Assembly: GCA_038253135.1 (NCBI GenBank)
Contig: JBBSHJ010000005.1
Location: 1-63,987, forward strand
Direction: 5' to 3'
Source of the DNA: Mycobacteriales bacterium
GTDB lineage: Bacteria; Actinomycetota; Actinomycetes; Mycobacteriales; QHCD01
Length of the DNA stretch: 63,987 nt
Shown here: positions 18,789 to 29,892 of the stretch, piece by piece
Numbering within the stretch: position 1 is the stretch's first letter
Layout of the letters: every line of letters begins with the position of its first letter
Notes under the pieces: model-generated
What the model was told of the DNA's origin: nothing
Database searches by the model: none
The model's input: the letters and a program-made list of their open reading frames with translations, nothing else
Position numbers and translations under genes: made by a program

Positions 18789-19550
18789 ATGAATCGGTTT
18801 GCGGGCAAGGTGGCGTTCGTGACCGGCGGAGGCCACGGGATCGGGCGGGCGACCGCGGGCCGGCTGGCGGCCGAAGGCGCAGCAGTCGTGCTCGCCGATC
18901 TCGACCTCGACGCGGCCCAACGTGCCGCCGCCGACCTGCGGGCCGCCGGGCGTACGGCGTCGGCTGTGCGACTGGATATCACCGACCGCGCCTCGGTGGA
19001 GGCCGCGGTCGCCGACTCGGTCGACGGCCGGTTGGACGTGCTCGTCAACACCGCCGGCGGTGACTACGCCAGCGTCGATCCTATGCAGGGCGACGAGCCC
19101 TGGACGCAGCTGCAGGACCTCAACCTCACCGGGACCGTGCGCTGCATCCGGGCCTGCCGGCCGGCGCTGCTCGCCGACCCCGATGGGGGAGCAGTGGTCA
19201 CCGTCGGCTCGATCAACGGGCTGGTGGCCTTCGGCAGCGACCCCTACTCGGCAGCCAAGGCCGGCCTTTCGTGCCTGACCCTGGACCTCGCCGCCCGGTA
19301 CGCCGCGCGGGGACTGCGCTTCAACCTGGTGGCGCCCGGCACGGTGCGAGCCCGGAACCGGGACGGCCAGCCCGGTGCCCTCGATGGGCTGACGCGCTGC
19401 TACCCGCTCGGGCGGATCGGCGAGCCCGAAGACATCGCGGCCGCGATCACCTTCCTCGCCTCGGGCGACGCGTCGTGGATGACCGGCGTCGTGCTGCCGG
19501 TCGAGGGTGGCGTGCAGACTGGCCCGATGGCTCACCTGGCGCGGCACTAA
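18789..19550 (+). CDS. SDR family oxidoreductase
   Basis: ORF 18774..19550; start is either 18774 or 18789. KVAFVTGGGHGIGRA (TGxxxGxG) and YSAAKAG (YxxxK). Confidence 0.85.
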   Translation: MNRFAGKVAFVTGGGHGIGRATAGRLAAEGAAVVLADLDLDAAQRAAADLRAAGRTASAVRLDITDRASVEAAVADSVDGRLDVLVNTAGGDYASVDPMQGDEPWTQLQDLNLTGTVRCIRACRPALLADPDGGAVVTVGSINGLVAFGSDPYSAAKAGLSCLTLDLAARYAARGLRFNLVAPGTVRARNRDGQPGALDGLTRCYPLGRIGEPEDIAAAITFLASGDASWMTGVVLPVEGGVQTGPMAHLARH

Positions 19551-20599
19551 CGCGGCACGGCGACGGCGTCGCCGGTGGTGGCGGACTCGTACGCCGCTTC
19601 CATCAGGGCGCTGAGATCGCGGGCCGCGGCGACGTTGTCGGTCATTGGCGTGCCGGACTCGATCGCCGCCGCCCATCGGGCCAATGGCTTGTCGCCGTCG
19701 GCCGGCAGCTTCTCCGCCGTGAACTCCGACTCGCCCTTGCCGCGGATGTACATCGTGTCCGTCGGTGTGCCATACATCAGGGCGCCCTCGGTGCCGAAGA
19801 CCTCGATCGCAAACGGCGACACCTGGTTGACGAAGCCGGCTTCGACGACGCCGATCGCGCCGGAGTCGGTGTGCAGCAGGACGACCGCATTGTCCTCGAC
19901 GCCGCGTCCGGTGAGGTGACCGAAGCTCGCCGACACCTTTGTCGGCCGCTGAGGGAGAAACAGATTGGCCAGATACATCGGGTGGCAGCCGAGGTCGATC
20001 AGGGCGCCGCCGCCTGTCGCCGCGGCCTCGAAGAATCGGTCTGGGAGCCAGGCGTCGCCGAGCGCACCGGAGTGCGAGAGGCGGGTGCGCACGAGGGTGA
20101 TGTCGCCGAGCCGGCCTGACTCGATCACCTCCCGCGCTGCTGCGGTGTACCCGGTGTACAGCCGGGGCAGCGAGACGGTCAGGATCACCCCTGACTCGTC
20201 GACCGCAGCGAGGATCTCGTCGCACTCGGCGATGGTCGTGGCGATGACTTTCTCGGTGAAGATGTGCTTGCCGGCCCGCGCGGCGGCCACCATGACGTCG
20301 CGGTGCAGGGTGGTCGGTGTCTCGACGATCACCGCGTCCACGTCGCCGCGGGCCAGGATCGCCTCGACCGAGGACTCGGTCGGTACGCCGAGCTCGGCCG
20401 CCTTGGCGGCACCGCGCTCGGCCTGCTCGTCCCACACCGCGGTGATCTCGATGCCCGGATTCACGCTGGCCTGGCGGACGTAATCGCCGGCGTGGACATG
20501 CCAGAAGCTGAGCATCGCAGCGCGGATCACAGGGCTCCTAGAGGGGTTGTCGAAACGATCGGATCTCGTCGATAGGCGGACCGCCTGGCGGGCCGTCAC
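19547..20599 (-). CDS. Gfo/Idh/MocA family oxidoreductase
   Basis: 350 aa. ...HIFTEKVIATTIAECDEI... (EKP-type block) and a C-terminal alpha/beta domain. Its stop overlaps the convergent SDR stop. Confidence 0.8.
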   Translation of the reverse strand: MTARQAVRLSTRSDRFDNPSRSPVIRAAMLSFWHVHAGDYVRQASVNPGIEITAVWDEQAERGAAKAAELGVPTESSVEAILARGDVDAVIVETPTTLHRDVMVAAARAGKHIFTEKVIATTIAECDEILAAVDESGVILTVSLPRLYTGYTAAAREVIESGRLGDITLVRTRLSHSGALGDAWLPDRFFEAAATGGGALIDLGCHPMYLANLFLPQRPTKVSASFGHLTGRGVEDNAVVLLHTDSGAIGVVEAGFVNQVSPFAIEVFGTEGALMYGTPTDTMYIRGKGESEFTAEKLPADGDKPLARWAAAIESGTPMTDNVAAARDLSALMEAAYESATTGDAVAVPR

Positions 20600-20744
20600 G
20601 TCAAAACGCTAGCGATGGCCGCCCGGCGCAGGGCCCCCTTGTCCCGAACCGGCCGAAGCCGCACCGGGCGGACACGGGCACTCGGCAGGTGCGTCAGGGG
20701 TGTGACTGCTGTGACACGCGGGACGCGCGGGGTACGGTCTAACC

Positions 20745-23279
20745 ATGCCGGCACGCAACTCGACCGACTCGCGCCCGCGCGCTCGCGCGGGCGCGACGGC
20801 CCGGTCCGGCGCCGCCCCGGCCCGGAAGCCGACCGCGAAGAATCCCACCAAGCCCAGCACCCGGCGTACGCCCGCCAAGGCCCCGCCGAAGCGGACGCCC
20901 GCGCGCACCCCATCCGGTCGGGGCACGGTCGCCAAGACCGTCCGGGCGATAGCCCGGATCTGGTCGCTCGCGGCCCGCGGGTTCGGCGGGCTGGGCCGGT
21001 CGGTCGGCGCGCACAGCACCGCACGCGAGCAGGACCCCGCTCGCCGCCGGGACCGTACCGGACTGACACTCGCCCTCGTCGCCGTCGTGGTCGCGATCGG
21101 GACGTGGCGGATCGGCGCCGGCCGGCACGGCCAGTGGGCGCCGGCGAGCTGGGTAGACACCGCGGTCCGCGGCGTCCTCGGTGGTCCGGCCGTCATCGTC
21201 CCGCTGGTCCTGCTCGGTCTCGCGGTGCACGTCACCCGGCAGGCACCCGAGCCCGAGCGGCGCGGCCGGCTGATCATCGGGGCGCTCCTTATCGCCGTGT
21301 CCATCACGGGTCTGTGCCACATCACTGGCGGTTCACCGACCACCGGGCCCGGCAGGCGCGCGGCCGGCGGCGTGCTCGGCGCGATCACGGCCGGGCCGGT
21401 CGAGACCGCGCTGACCGGCGGCGTCGCGTTCGCCGTCCTCGTGCCGATCGGGATCCTCGGGCTGTTCGTCGTCACCGCGACGCCGCTGCGCAGGGTTCCG
21501 GAGTACGCCGTTCGCGCCGCCGACTACCTGGGCTTCCGGGCACCGCAGGAGCCCGAGGACGCGACGCCGGCGCCGCCCGGGCGGCGGGAGCTCTCTGGGC
21601 CGCCGGTCCGGCTGCGCCGCGCCTCCCGCCGTCGCGTCGGCGCGCTGCGCGGCGCCGAATCCGACGACCAGCCGCCGCTGTCCGGCCCGGAGCCGCCGCA
21701 CCCGTTTGGCGAGCCGGCGGCGACCCTTCCCGGCCTGCCCGCGCCGACCGAGAAGGCCACGACCCCCGAGCCGGACGACGACGACCCGCCGCCCGTCGCG
21801 GCTCCTGACCTGACGGCGTACCGCCTGCCGCCGACCTCGATGCTGTCCGGTGGCGCGGCGGCCAAGGCCCGCACCCAGGCCAACGACACGGTCATCGACG
21901 CGGTGCAGCAGGTCTTCGAGGAGTTCGAGGTCGACGCGTCCGTCACCGGGTTCACCCGCGGGCCGACCGTCACCCGTTACGAGGTCGAACTCGGCCCGCG
22001 GGTCAAGGTGGAGCGGGTCACCCAGCTCTCGCGCAACATCGCCTATGCCGTGCGCAGCTCCGACATCCGGATCCTGTCGCCGATCCCGGGCAAGAGCGCG
22101 GTAGGTATCGAGATCCCCAACGCTGACCGCGAGTGGGTGATGCTCGGCGACGTCCTGCGCTCGGGCACCGCGGATCGCGACCCGCACCCGATGCTGGCCG
22201 GGCTGGGCAAGGACATCGAAGGCGGCTTCGTCCTGGCCAACCTGACCAAGATGCCGCACATCCTGATCGCCGGGGCCACCGGCGCCGGCAAGTCCAGCTG
22301 CATCAATGCCCTGATCACCTCGGTGCTGAGCCGGGCGACGCCCCAGCAGGTGCGGATGGTGCTGATCGATCCCAAGCGGGTCGAGCTCTCGGCGTACCAA
22401 GGCGTCCCGCACCTCGTCACCCCGATCATCACCAACCCGAAGAAGGCGGCCGATGCGCTGGCCTGGGTGGTGCGCGAGATGGAGATGCGCTATGAGGACA
22501 TGCAGGCCTCGGGGGTCAAGCACATCAACGAGTTCAACGCCCGGGTCGCCTCCGGCCGGATTACCGCGCCGCCCGGCAGCGAGCGGGTCTACCAGCCCTA
22601 TCCGTTCCTGCTGGTGATCGTCGACGAGCTGGCCGACCTCATGATGATCGCGCCCCGCGACGTCGAGGACGCCGTCGTCCGCATCACCCAGCTGGCCCGC
22701 GCGGCCGGCATCCACCTGGTCCTCGCGACGCAGCGGCCGAGCGTCGACGTCGTCACCGGCCTGATCAAGGCCAACGTGCCGAGCCGCCTGGCCTTCTCGA
22801 CCGCGAGCCTCGCGGACTCGAGGGTCATCCTCGACCAGCCCGGGGCCGAGAAGCTGATCGGCGCCGGCGACGCGCTGTTCCTCCCGATGGGCGCGAGCAA
22901 GCCACAGCGGATCCAGGGCGCCTACGTGCCCGAGGAGGAGGTCGACCGGGTCGTCGAGTTCTGCAAGAGGCAGGCCGAGCCCGACTACCGCGACGAGGTC
23001 GTCGCCCCGCCACCGACCGAGAAGAGGATCGACGGGGACATCGGGGAGGACATGGACCTGCTGTGCCAGGCGGCCGAGCTGGTGATCTCCACCCAGCTCG
23101 GCTCCACCTCGATGCTGCAGCGCAAGCTGCGGGTCGGCTTCGCCAAGGCCGGCCGGCTGATGGACCTGATGGAGAGCCGCGGCATCGTCGGGCCGTCGCA
23201 GGGCTCGAAGGCCCGCGACGTGCTCGTCAACCCGGACGAGGGCGACGAGACGATCGCAGGTATCCGCGGCGTCGCATGA
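20745..23279 (+). CDS. ftsK: DNA translocase FtsK/SpoIIIE
   Basis: 844 aa. N-terminal TM helices, a Pro-rich linker, Walker [12 protein letters not shown], and a C-terminal gamma winged helix [24 protein letters not shown]. Confidence 0.95.
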   Translation: MPARNSTDSRPRARAGATARSGAAPARKPTAKNPTKPSTRRTPAKAPPKRTPARTPSGRGTVAKTVRAIARIWSLAARGFGGLGRSVGAHSTAREQDPARRRDRTGLTLALVAVVVAIGTWRIGAGRHGQWAPASWVDTAVRGVLGGPAVIVPLVLLGLAVHVTRQAPEPERRGRLIIGALLIAVSITGLCHITGGSPTTGPGRRAAGGVLGAITAGPVETALTGGVAFAVLVPIGILGLFVVTATPLRRVPEYAVRAADYLGFRAPQEPEDATPAPPGRRELSGPPVRLRRASRRRVGALRGAESDDQPPLSGPEPPHPFGEPAATLPGLPAPTEKATTPEPDDDDPPPVAAPDLTAYRLPPTSMLSGGAAAKARTQANDTVIDAVQQVFEEFEVDASVTGFTRGPTVTRYEVELGPRVKVERVTQLSRNIAYAVRSSDIRILSPIPGKSAVGIEIPNADREWVMLGDVLRSGTADRDPHPMLAGLGKDIEGGFVLANLTKMPHILIAGATGAGKSSCINALITSVLSRATPQQVRMVLIDPKRVELSAYQGVPHLVTPIITNPKKAADALAWVVREMEMRYEDMQASGVKHINEFNARVASGRITAPPGSERVYQPYPFLLVIVDELADLMMIAPRDVEDAVVRITQLARAAGIHLVLATQRPSVDVVTGLIKANVPSRLAFSTASLADSRVILDQPGAEKLIGAGDALFLPMGASKPQRIQGAYVPEEEVDRVVEFCKRQAEPDYRDEVVAPPPTEKRIDGDIGEDMDLLCQAAELVISTQLGSTSMLQRKLRVGFAKAGRLMDLMESRGIVGPSQGSKARDVLVNPDEGDETIAGIRGVA

Positions 23280-23313
23280 GCACCGCCGACGCACTCGCTT
23301 CCGCGGAGGCGGC

Positions 23314-23736
23314 ATGAGCGGGGACTCCGGCATCGGTGACCGGCTCAGCGCGGCGCGCAAGGCCAGCCGGCTCTCGACGGCCGAGGTGGCCAGGTCGACG
23401 AGGCTGCGCCCGGAGCTCATCGACGCGCTCGAACGGGACGATTTCGCGCGGTCCGGCGGCGAGGTCTTCGCGCGCGCGCACATCCGCGCGCTCGCCAAGG
23501 TCGTCGGCGAGAAGCCCGAAGAGATGATCGAGCTGTACGACGCCTACCTGCGCCGTACCCGGCCCCGGCACCGGTGGCAGCGGCCGGACCGCACCAGGGC
23601 CGGCCTGCTGCCCGATGCGCGGCAACGCCGCTACGCGCGCCGGTGGACCCGACAGCCCCGGATGATGTGGGCGCTCGCGGCGAGCGCCGTGCTCGTCCTC
23701 GTCATCGCTGCCTGGCTCGCGGCGCATTGGGCGTGA
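23314..23736 (+). CDS. Helix-turn-helix domain protein with C-terminal TM anchor (RodZ-like)
   Basis: 140 aa. IGDRLSAARKASRLSTAEVARSTRLRPELIDALERDDF HTH, with a TM segment MMWALAASAVLVLVIAAWLAA at the C-terminus. Confidence 0.7.
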   Translation: MSGDSGIGDRLSAARKASRLSTAEVARSTRLRPELIDALERDDFARSGGEVFARAHIRALAKVVGEKPEEMIELYDAYLRRTRPRHRWQRPDRTRAGLLPDARQRRYARRWTRQPRMMWALAASAVLVLVIAAWLAAHWA

Positions 23737-23775
23737 CGGCCGGGTCGGCCTCGCGGGCCACGTAGACTCGTCCCG

Positions 23776-25218
23776 GTGAGTGCTCCCGGTTCGACCACCC
23801 GTCGTGTGGCCCTGCTGACGCTGGGCTGCGCCCGCAACGAGGTGGACAGCGAGGAGCTGGCCGGGCGGCTCGCGGCGCAGGGATACAACGTGGTCGACGC
23901 CGAATCGGCGGAGGCGGCCGACGCGCCGCCCGAGGCCGTGCTGGTGAACACCTGCGGTTTCGTCGAGTCGGCGAAGAAGGACTCGATCGACGCCCTGCTC
24001 GCGGCGTCCGACTCCGGGGCGAAGGTTCTCGCGGTCGGCTGCCTGGCCGAGCGGTACGGCGCACAGCTGGCTGAGACGCTGCCCGAAGCCGACGCGGTGC
24101 TGGGGTTCGACGATTACCCGCAGATCGCCGACCGCCTCGCCGATGTCCTGGCCGGCCGGCACATCGCCCCGCACACGCCGCGCGACCGGCGCTCCCTGCT
24201 GCCGATCTCGCCGGTGGATCGCGCCGCGAGCGCCGCGCCGGTGCCGGGCCACGCCGAGCGTCCCGCCGGCCTCGGGCCCGCGTCGGGGCCGCCCGTCGTA
24301 CGCCGCCGGCTCGGCTCCGCGCCGGTGGCGCCGCTGAAACTGGCCAGCGGCTGCGACCGCCGCTGCACGTTCTGCGCGATCCCGCAGTTCCGCGGGGCGT
24401 TCCGGTCCCGCCGGCCGCATGAGCTGCTCGAGGAAGCGCGCTGGCTGGCCGCCGACGGCGTCCGCGAGCTCTACTGCGTCTCGGAGAACTCCACGTCCTA
24501 CGGCAAGGACCTCGGCGACCTGCGACTGCTCGAATCGCTGCTGCCCGAGCTGGCCGCCGTCGACGGCATCGAGCGGGTGCGGCTGTCCTACCTGCAGCCG
24601 GCCGAGATGCGGCCGGGCCTGCTCCGCGCCATCGCGGCCACGCCGGGAGTCGCGCCCTACTTCGACCTGTCCTTCCAGCACGCCAGCGAGCCGGTGCTGC
24701 GCCGGATGCGCCGGTTCGGGAACCGCGAGCGCTTCGTCGACCTGGTCGAGCAGGTCCGTGCCGCCGCGCCCGAGGCCGGCATCCGCACCAACGTGATCGT
24801 CGGGTTCCCGGGTGAGACCGAGGCCGACGTCGTCGAGCTCGAGCGGTTCCTCTCGGCCGCGCGGCTCGACGTGGTCGGCGTCTTCGGCTACTCCGACGAG
24901 GACGGCACTGAAGCGGTCGGCCTCGACGGCAAGGTCGACTCCGACGAGATCAGCGCGCGGGTCGAGCGGATCGACTCGCTCGTCTCCGAGATCTCCGCGC
25001 AGCGGGCCGCGGATCGGATCGGTACGACGATCGAGATCCTCATCGAGGAGGTCGACGGCGACACCGCCGAGGGCCGCGCGGCCCACCAGGCGCCGGAGGT
25101 CGACGGCTCGACGACGCTGACGAGCGTCGCGGGCATCCGCGTCGGCGACCTCGTGCCGGCGGTCGTCGTCGACAGCATCGGGGTAGATCTCGTGGCCGAC
25201 GCCCGCTCGCGGTCATGA
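23776..25218 (+). CDS. rimO: Ribosomal protein S12 methylthiotransferase
   Basis: 480 aa. UPF0004 N-domain [16 protein letters not shown], radical-SAM cluster motif [13 protein letters not shown], and a C-terminal TRAM domain. Confidence 0.88.
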   Translation: MSAPGSTTRRVALLTLGCARNEVDSEELAGRLAAQGYNVVDAESAEAADAPPEAVLVNTCGFVESAKKDSIDALLAASDSGAKVLAVGCLAERYGAQLAETLPEADAVLGFDDYPQIADRLADVLAGRHIAPHTPRDRRSLLPISPVDRAASAAPVPGHAERPAGLGPASGPPVVRRRLGSAPVAPLKLASGCDRRCTFCAIPQFRGAFRSRRPHELLEEARWLAADGVRELYCVSENSTSYGKDLGDLRLLESLLPELAAVDGIERVRLSYLQPAEMRPGLLRAIAATPGVAPYFDLSFQHASEPVLRRMRRFGNRERFVDLVEQVRAAAPEAGIRTNVIVGFPGETEADVVELERFLSAARLDVVGVFGYSDEDGTEAVGLDGKVDSDEISARVERIDSLVSEISAQRAADRIGTTIEILIEEVDGDTAEGRAAHQAPEVDGSTTLTSVAGIRVGDLVPAVVVDSIGVDLVADARSRS

Positions 25219-25222
25219 CCGT

Positions 25223-26383
25223 GTGGCGGCCGCGGTGCCGGACGTGAGCGGGCTCCCGCCGCGCGCGGCCGTCTCTGTCGAGCCCGGGCCCGCACAGAGC
25301 GCCGGGCTGGTCAACGTCGCCAACGGCCTGACCGTCGTGCGCATCCTGCTGGTCCCGGTCTTTGCGCTCTGCCTCGTCCACGACGGTGGCGACAGCAACG
25401 GCTGGCGGGTGCTGGCGTGGGGGATCTTCGCGATCGCCTCGCTCACCGATCGCATCGACGGCGACCTCGCCCGCCGGCGCGGACTCGTCACCGACTTCGG
25501 CAAGATGGCCGACCCGATCGCCGACAAGGCGCTGGTCGGCACCGCCTTGATCGGGCTCTCGATGCTCGACCTGCTGGCCTGGTGGGTCACGCTCGTCATC
25601 CTCGGCCGCGAGGTCGCGATCACGGCGCTGCGGTTGTGGGTGCTGCGCCATGGCGTGCTGCCGGCCAGTCGCGGTGGGAAGGTCAAGACGTTCTTCCAGG
25701 CCTGCGCGATCGGCCTCTACGTGCTGCCGCTGCCCGGCTGGCTGCACGACGTCGCCATCGCGTTCATGGCGCTGGCGCTGGCGTTGACGCTGGTGACCGG
25801 GGCGGACTATGTGTTCCGCGCGCTGTCCCTGCGGCGGATCTCCAAGCGGACCACCGAGCGCACGACCGAGCGGGCCACGGTCAAGGCCGAGACCCGGGCC
25901 GCTGCCGTCGGCCACCCGGTCACGGCGGCGCAGTGCCTGGCCATCCTGACGCGTACCGGCCGCACCGTCGCAGTGGCCGAGTCGCTCACCGGCGGCATGC
26001 TCGCTGCGGTCTTCACCTCGGTGCCGGGCGCGAGCAAGGCCTTCCGCGGCGGCCTGGTCGTCTACGCGAGCGACCTCAAGGCGAGCCTGGCCGGCGTACC
26101 GGCTGAGATGCTGGCCACCTACGGACCGGTGAGCGAGCCCGTCGCCGCCGCGCTCGCAGCGGGGGTGCGGGAGCGGCTGAGGGCCGACTTCGGCCTGGCC
26201 ACGACCGGAGTCGCCGGGCCGGACAAACAGGACGGGATCGACGTCGGGACGGTCTACGTCGCCCTCGCCGCCGGCGGCCGGCCGACGGTCGAGAAGTTGC
26301 AACTGGACGGGACGCGGGCCCGCATCCGCGGTGACTCGATGACCGCGGCGGTCGAGTTGCTCGGCCGCCACCTCGTCACCTGA
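25223..26383 (+). CDS. pgsA: Fusion protein: CDP-diacylglycerol--glycerol-3-phosphate 3-phosphatidyltransferase (PgsA) + CinA C-terminal/PncC-like nicotinamide-nucleotide amidohydrolase domain
   Basis: Single 386-aa frame. N-half has the CDP-alcohol phosphotransferase motif [28 protein letters not shown]-half has [35 protein letters not shown] (CinA/PncC signature). No ATG, GTG or TTG in frame in the linker. Confidence 0.8.
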   Translation: MAAAVPDVSGLPPRAAVSVEPGPAQSAGLVNVANGLTVVRILLVPVFALCLVHDGGDSNGWRVLAWGIFAIASLTDRIDGDLARRRGLVTDFGKMADPIADKALVGTALIGLSMLDLLAWWVTLVILGREVAITALRLWVLRHGVLPASRGGKVKTFFQACAIGLYVLPLPGWLHDVAIAFMALALALTLVTGADYVFRALSLRRISKRTTERTTERATVKAETRAAAVGHPVTAAQCLAILTRTGRTVAVAESLTGGMLAAVFTSVPGASKAFRGGLVVYASDLKASLAGVPAEMLATYGPVSEPVAAALAAGVRERLRADFGLATTGVAGPDKQDGIDVGTVYVALAAGGRPTVEKLQLDGTRARIRGDSMTAAVELLGRHLVT

Positions 26384-26561
26384 GTGGCCCGGATCTGGGG
26401 TGATGCAGGCGACGGAATCGTCGCGATCGCCACATCGTTGCCGGTTAAGCCAGGGGCGAACTCCCGTGCGGGAACGGGTCGATGCGACTCGGCCGGCGGG
26501 CGCCGGGGTACCGTGGAGACAAAGCAATCGCGATCTTGCGCAGCGAAAAGGGGTGTGGCAC

Positions 26562-26912
26562 ATGGTTCTGCTTCGTCGAGCGCTCGGTGACACGTTGCGC
26601 GGCGAGCGGCTCAGCCAACACCGCACGCTGCGCGAGGTCTCCTCTGCCGCCCGGGTCAGCCTGGGATATCTCTCCGAGATCGAGCGCGGGCAAAAGGAAG
26701 CGTCCTCCGAGCTGCTGTCCGCGATTTGTGACGCTCTCGAGGTCGGCGTCTCCGAGGTCCTTCGCGGCGCGAGCGACAACCTGCACCAGAGCGAGGTCGC
26801 CGAGCAGGTCGCCGCGGAGCGCGTGGTCCTCCCGGTGCGGACCGGCCTGGCCCGCAAGGTGGTCATCCCGCCGCCGGCCGAGGACCGGCACCGGGTGCCC
26901 GCAACGGTCTGA
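26562..26912 (+). CDS. clgR: XRE-family transcriptional regulator ClgR
   Basis: ATG 26562 inside ORF 26400..26912. [59 protein letters not shown] closely follows my memory of mycobacterial ClgR. Located just downstream of pgsA/cinA, as in other actinobacteria. Confidence 0.85.
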   Translation: MVLLRRALGDTLRGERLSQHRTLREVSSAARVSLGYLSEIERGQKEASSELLSAICDALEVGVSEVLRGASDNLHQSEVAEQVAAERVVLPVRTGLARKVVIPPPAEDRHRVPATV

Positions 26913-26923
26913 CCCGCTCGCCC

Positions 26924-27544
26924 GTGAGCATCATCGGCCGGTTGCTCGGCCGGCGCCGCCGGATCACCCACCGCGAGCCGGAGCCGCCCAGACCCAGACT
27001 GGGAAGCCCGGCCGAGACGTGGCTGCGGCGGGCCGAGAAATCCGCTCGAGCCCTGCACGAGTTGCGCGATGCGCGCAAGTCCGACGGACCGATCGTGGAC
27101 GTCTACACCGACGTCGCGAGCGGCGCCGACGCGCTGGTCGTCGACCTCCGGCGGGTCGCCGGAGAGGTGAGGACGGTCGAGCAGGCCATCGCCCGCATCC
27201 CGAGCCCGCAGCTGCAGCAACGCCGGCACTCCCTGGCCGCCACCGACGCCGGCGCCGCCGAACTCGCCGAGCTCGACGCGCAGCTGGCCACCGACAGCCG
27301 GCTGCGGGCCAGCCGCGACGAGTTGCTGTCCCGGATGCAAGCCGGCGCGGTGGCACTGGACGGCCTGCTGGCCCGAGCCGCAGAGCTCGACGTGACCGGC
27401 GGCTCCGCCACCCTGCCCGGAAAAGCCGAGCTCACCACGACGGCGGCCGAGCTCCGAGACCGGCTGGACGGCGTACGCATCGGAATGGCCGAGACCGAGG
27501 CCGCCACGCGCAAGGTGATGGGAGAGCCCGCGGTAGAGCCGTAG
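26924..27544 (+). CDS. Hypothetical coiled-coil protein
   Basis: 206-aa ORF 11 nt after clgR. Ala/Leu/Arg/Glu-rich heptad-like sequence. No motif recognised. Confidence 0.5.
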   Translation: MSIIGRLLGRRRRITHREPEPPRPRLGSPAETWLRRAEKSARALHELRDARKSDGPIVDVYTDVASGADALVVDLRRVAGEVRTVEQAIARIPSPQLQQRRHSLAATDAGAAELAELDAQLATDSRLRASRDELLSRMQAGAVALDGLLARAAELDVTGGSATLPGKAELTTTAAELRDRLDGVRIGMAETEAATRKVMGEPAVEP

Positions 27545-27693
27545 CTACCTGATCACCCCGAGCCGCTGGTGGAGTTAACTCCCTACCGCCAACTCCGGGA
27601 TCCTCCGCGCGGCTCGCATTCGTATGCGCAGACCTGCGAACATGTGTACGGCGTACCGTGAGGGTTCGCTCGGTGACAGGAGGACGGACGACG

Positions 27694-28554
27694 ATGGCCA
27701 ACCCCTTCGTGAAGTCATACAAATACTTCATGTCCTGGTTCGGCGCCAAGGTCGATGAGAAGGCCGACCCTAAGGTGCAGATTCAGCAGGCCATCGAGGA
27801 GGCACAGCGCCAGCACAACGCGCTGTCCCAGCAGGCGGCCCAGGTGATCGGCAACCAGCGCCAGCTCGAGATGCAGCTCAGCAAGCGGCTCACCGAGGTC
27901 GAGAAGCTGCAGGCCAACACCCGTCAGGCGCTCGTGCTCGCCGACCGCTCCAACAGCGCGGGGGATACGGCGAAGGCACACGAGTACGAGGAAAGCGCGC
28001 AGCGCTTCGCCAACGAGCTCGTGACGGCCGAGAAGAGCATGGACGAGCTGAAGAGCATGCACGACCAGTCGGTCGGCGCGGCCGAGCAGGCCAAGCGCGC
28101 GGTCGAGCAGAACGCGGTGCAGCTCAAAGCGCAGGTCGCGCAGCGGACCCGCCTGCTGACGCAGCTCGATCAGGCCAAGATGCAGGAGCGGGTGTCGGCG
28201 TCGCTGGAGCAGATGTCCAACGTCGCGACGGGCGGCAACGTCCCGAACTTCGCCGAGGTCGAGGAGAAGATCCAGCGCCGCTACGCGACCGCGCTCGGCC
28301 GGGCCGAACTGGCCGGTACCTCGGTCGAGGGCCGCATGCTCGAGGTGGAGCGCTCCTCGATGGACTTCGCTGGAGCGGCCCGGCTGGACGAGATCCGCGC
28401 CAGCATTTCCGGTGAGCTGACCTCCTCGGCAGGGTCCGACGCACCGGCGGTCGAGTCGAGAGCCGGCGACAGCACGGCGCCGTCCGAGGACGCCGTACCC
28501 GACGCGCAGCCGGCCGGCGCCCAGCCCCAGACCCAGCAAGCCGACCCGAGCTGA
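27694..28554 (+). CDS. pspA: PspA/IM30 family protein
   Basis: ATG 27694 preceded by an [50 protein letters not shown]... long coiled coil with a Pro/Gln-rich tail. Confidence 0.9.
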   Translation: MANPFVKSYKYFMSWFGAKVDEKADPKVQIQQAIEEAQRQHNALSQQAAQVIGNQRQLEMQLSKRLTEVEKLQANTRQALVLADRSNSAGDTAKAHEYEESAQRFANELVTAEKSMDELKSMHDQSVGAAEQAKRAVEQNAVQLKAQVAQRTRLLTQLDQAKMQERVSASLEQMSNVATGGNVPNFAEVEEKIQRRYATALGRAELAGTSVEGRMLEVERSSMDFAGAARLDEIRASISGELTSSAGSDAPAVESRAGDSTAPSEDAVPDAQPAGAQPQTQQADPS

Positions 28555-28571
28555 GCGGGCGCGCGCATCCG

Positions 28572-29327
28572 GTGGCAGGTCAGCCCAGGACCAGCGTCCG
28601 CCTCGCCGCTTCCGCGGCGCGGCGCGCTCTGGATGGGGCCCAGTCGGTCAAGACCGCCGTGTCGTCCTACCGCGAGCCGCGCGCGAAGCTCGTCCGCGCC
28701 CGCAAGCGGGCCCGCCTGACGGTCACGGTCCGCGCCGTCGTCACCGTCATGCTGGCGATCGTCACCTGGCATCTCTTCAGCGCCGGCGACACCGTCGCCG
28801 GCGGGGCCTTCGCCGTCATCGCGGCGGCCTCGTTCTACGTCACGACCGGGTCGGCCGTGCGCTGGATCAAGCTCGAGCGCACCCCTCTACCCACGCCGCC
28901 GCCACCGCTGCCTCCCGCCACCTCGATCGCCCGCCCGTCGATCGACCGGCTCGCGCACCGGGAGATCGCGTTGGCCCGGCTGTTGCCGAGCCTCGGCGAG
29001 GGCGCCGGCGACACGGGCGTGAAGGCGGACCGAGCGGCCGGGGCGTTGCGCACGTACGCCGCCCGCCTCGCGGCCGTCGAGTCGGCGCGGGCCGCGACCA
29101 ACGCCGAGGAACCCGAGCTCGACGAGGCGATCGAGACGCTCTCCGGGCGACTCGACGCCGGCGTCGTCGCCTACGAGCGGCTGGTCCGCGCGGCCGCCGA
29201 GGCCGCCGCGGCGGCCGGCGCGGGCAGCCCCGACCCGATGGCGATGCGGGCCCTGGAGGACGCCACCGACCGGGTGTCGGGACTCGCCAAGGGCCTGCGC
29301 GAGGTCGGCAAGATCCGCGGACAGTGA
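28572..29327 (+). CDS. Membrane protein downstream of pspA (position equivalent to mycobacterial Rv2743c/PspM)
   Basis: 251 aa. Two adjacent TM helices (VRAVVTVMLAIVTWHLF / GGAFAVIAAASFYVTTG), then a Pro-rich linker and a helical tail. Functional equivalence is inferred from position only. Confidence 0.55.
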   Translation: MAGQPRTSVRLAASAARRALDGAQSVKTAVSSYREPRAKLVRARKRARLTVTVRAVVTVMLAIVTWHLFSAGDTVAGGAFAVIAAASFYVTTGSAVRWIKLERTPLPTPPPPLPPATSIARPSIDRLAHREIALARLLPSLGEGAGDTGVKADRAAGALRTYAARLAAVESARAATNAEEPELDEAIETLSGRLDAGVVAYERLVRAAAEAAAAAGAGSPDPMAMRALEDATDRVSGLAKGLREVGKIRGQ

Positions 29328-29328
29328 C

Positions 29329-29892
29329 GTGCGCCGGTCTCGGCTGCGCGGCCTCGCGGGAGCGGTGCTGGCTGTGGCCGGGTGCGGGTGCACCAGCACG
29401 ACGATCGGCGACGCCCGCGCCGTGGTCACATCATGGTCGGTCCCGTCGCCTGCCTCATCGTCCCCAGGGTCGGGGTTGCCGAGCGTGTCCACGGGATTCG
29501 GTCCGCCGGCGCACCCGGTGTCGTTCCGCAAGGTGACCGGGCCGGCCACGGGTACGCCGTGCGCAGGCGCCGCGGGTCGGGTGCCCGACATCGACCACCG
29601 GATGTGCTTCCGGCTCGCCCCGGCGCTGCTGACCCTGCATCACGACATCGCCGTGCGGCCGCAGCGCTCGGAGTACGGGCAGTGGGTCGTGACCCTGGGC
29701 TTGCAAGGGGTCGACATCTCAGCGGTCGCCGAGCTGACCACGAGCCACGTCGACGAGACGATCGCGGTCGTGAGCGACGACGTCGTCCTGGTCGCCCCCA
29801 CCGTGCAGGGCCCGATCCGCGGCGCGGTACAGATCTCCGGCCAGCTGACGCAGCGTACGGCGTACCGGATAGCCCACCTGCTGCGGCCCTAG
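29329..29892 (+). CDS. Lipoprotein, unknown function
   Basis: 187 aa. Lipobox LAVAGCG after a basic N-terminus (MRRSRLRGLAGAVLAVAGCGC). Starts 1 nt after the previous stop. Confidence 0.6.
   Translation: MRRSRLRGLAGAVLAVAGCGCTSTTIGDARAVVTSWSVPSPASSSPGSGLPSVSTGFGPPAHPVSFRKVTGPATGTPCAGAAGRVPDIDHRMCFRLAPALLTLHHDIAVRPQRSEYGQWVVTLGLQGVDISAVAELTTSHVDETIAVVSDDVVLVAPTVQGPIRGAVQISGQLTQRTAYRIAHLLRP

Noticed and set aside
26540-26561. Possible ClgR autoregulatory box (aatCGCGATCTTGCGCAg) just upstream of clgR.
   Set aside because: The spacing between the CGC and GCG halves (6 nt) and the weak dyad symmetry do not fit the ClgR consensus as I remember it. The evidence is too weak to annotate.
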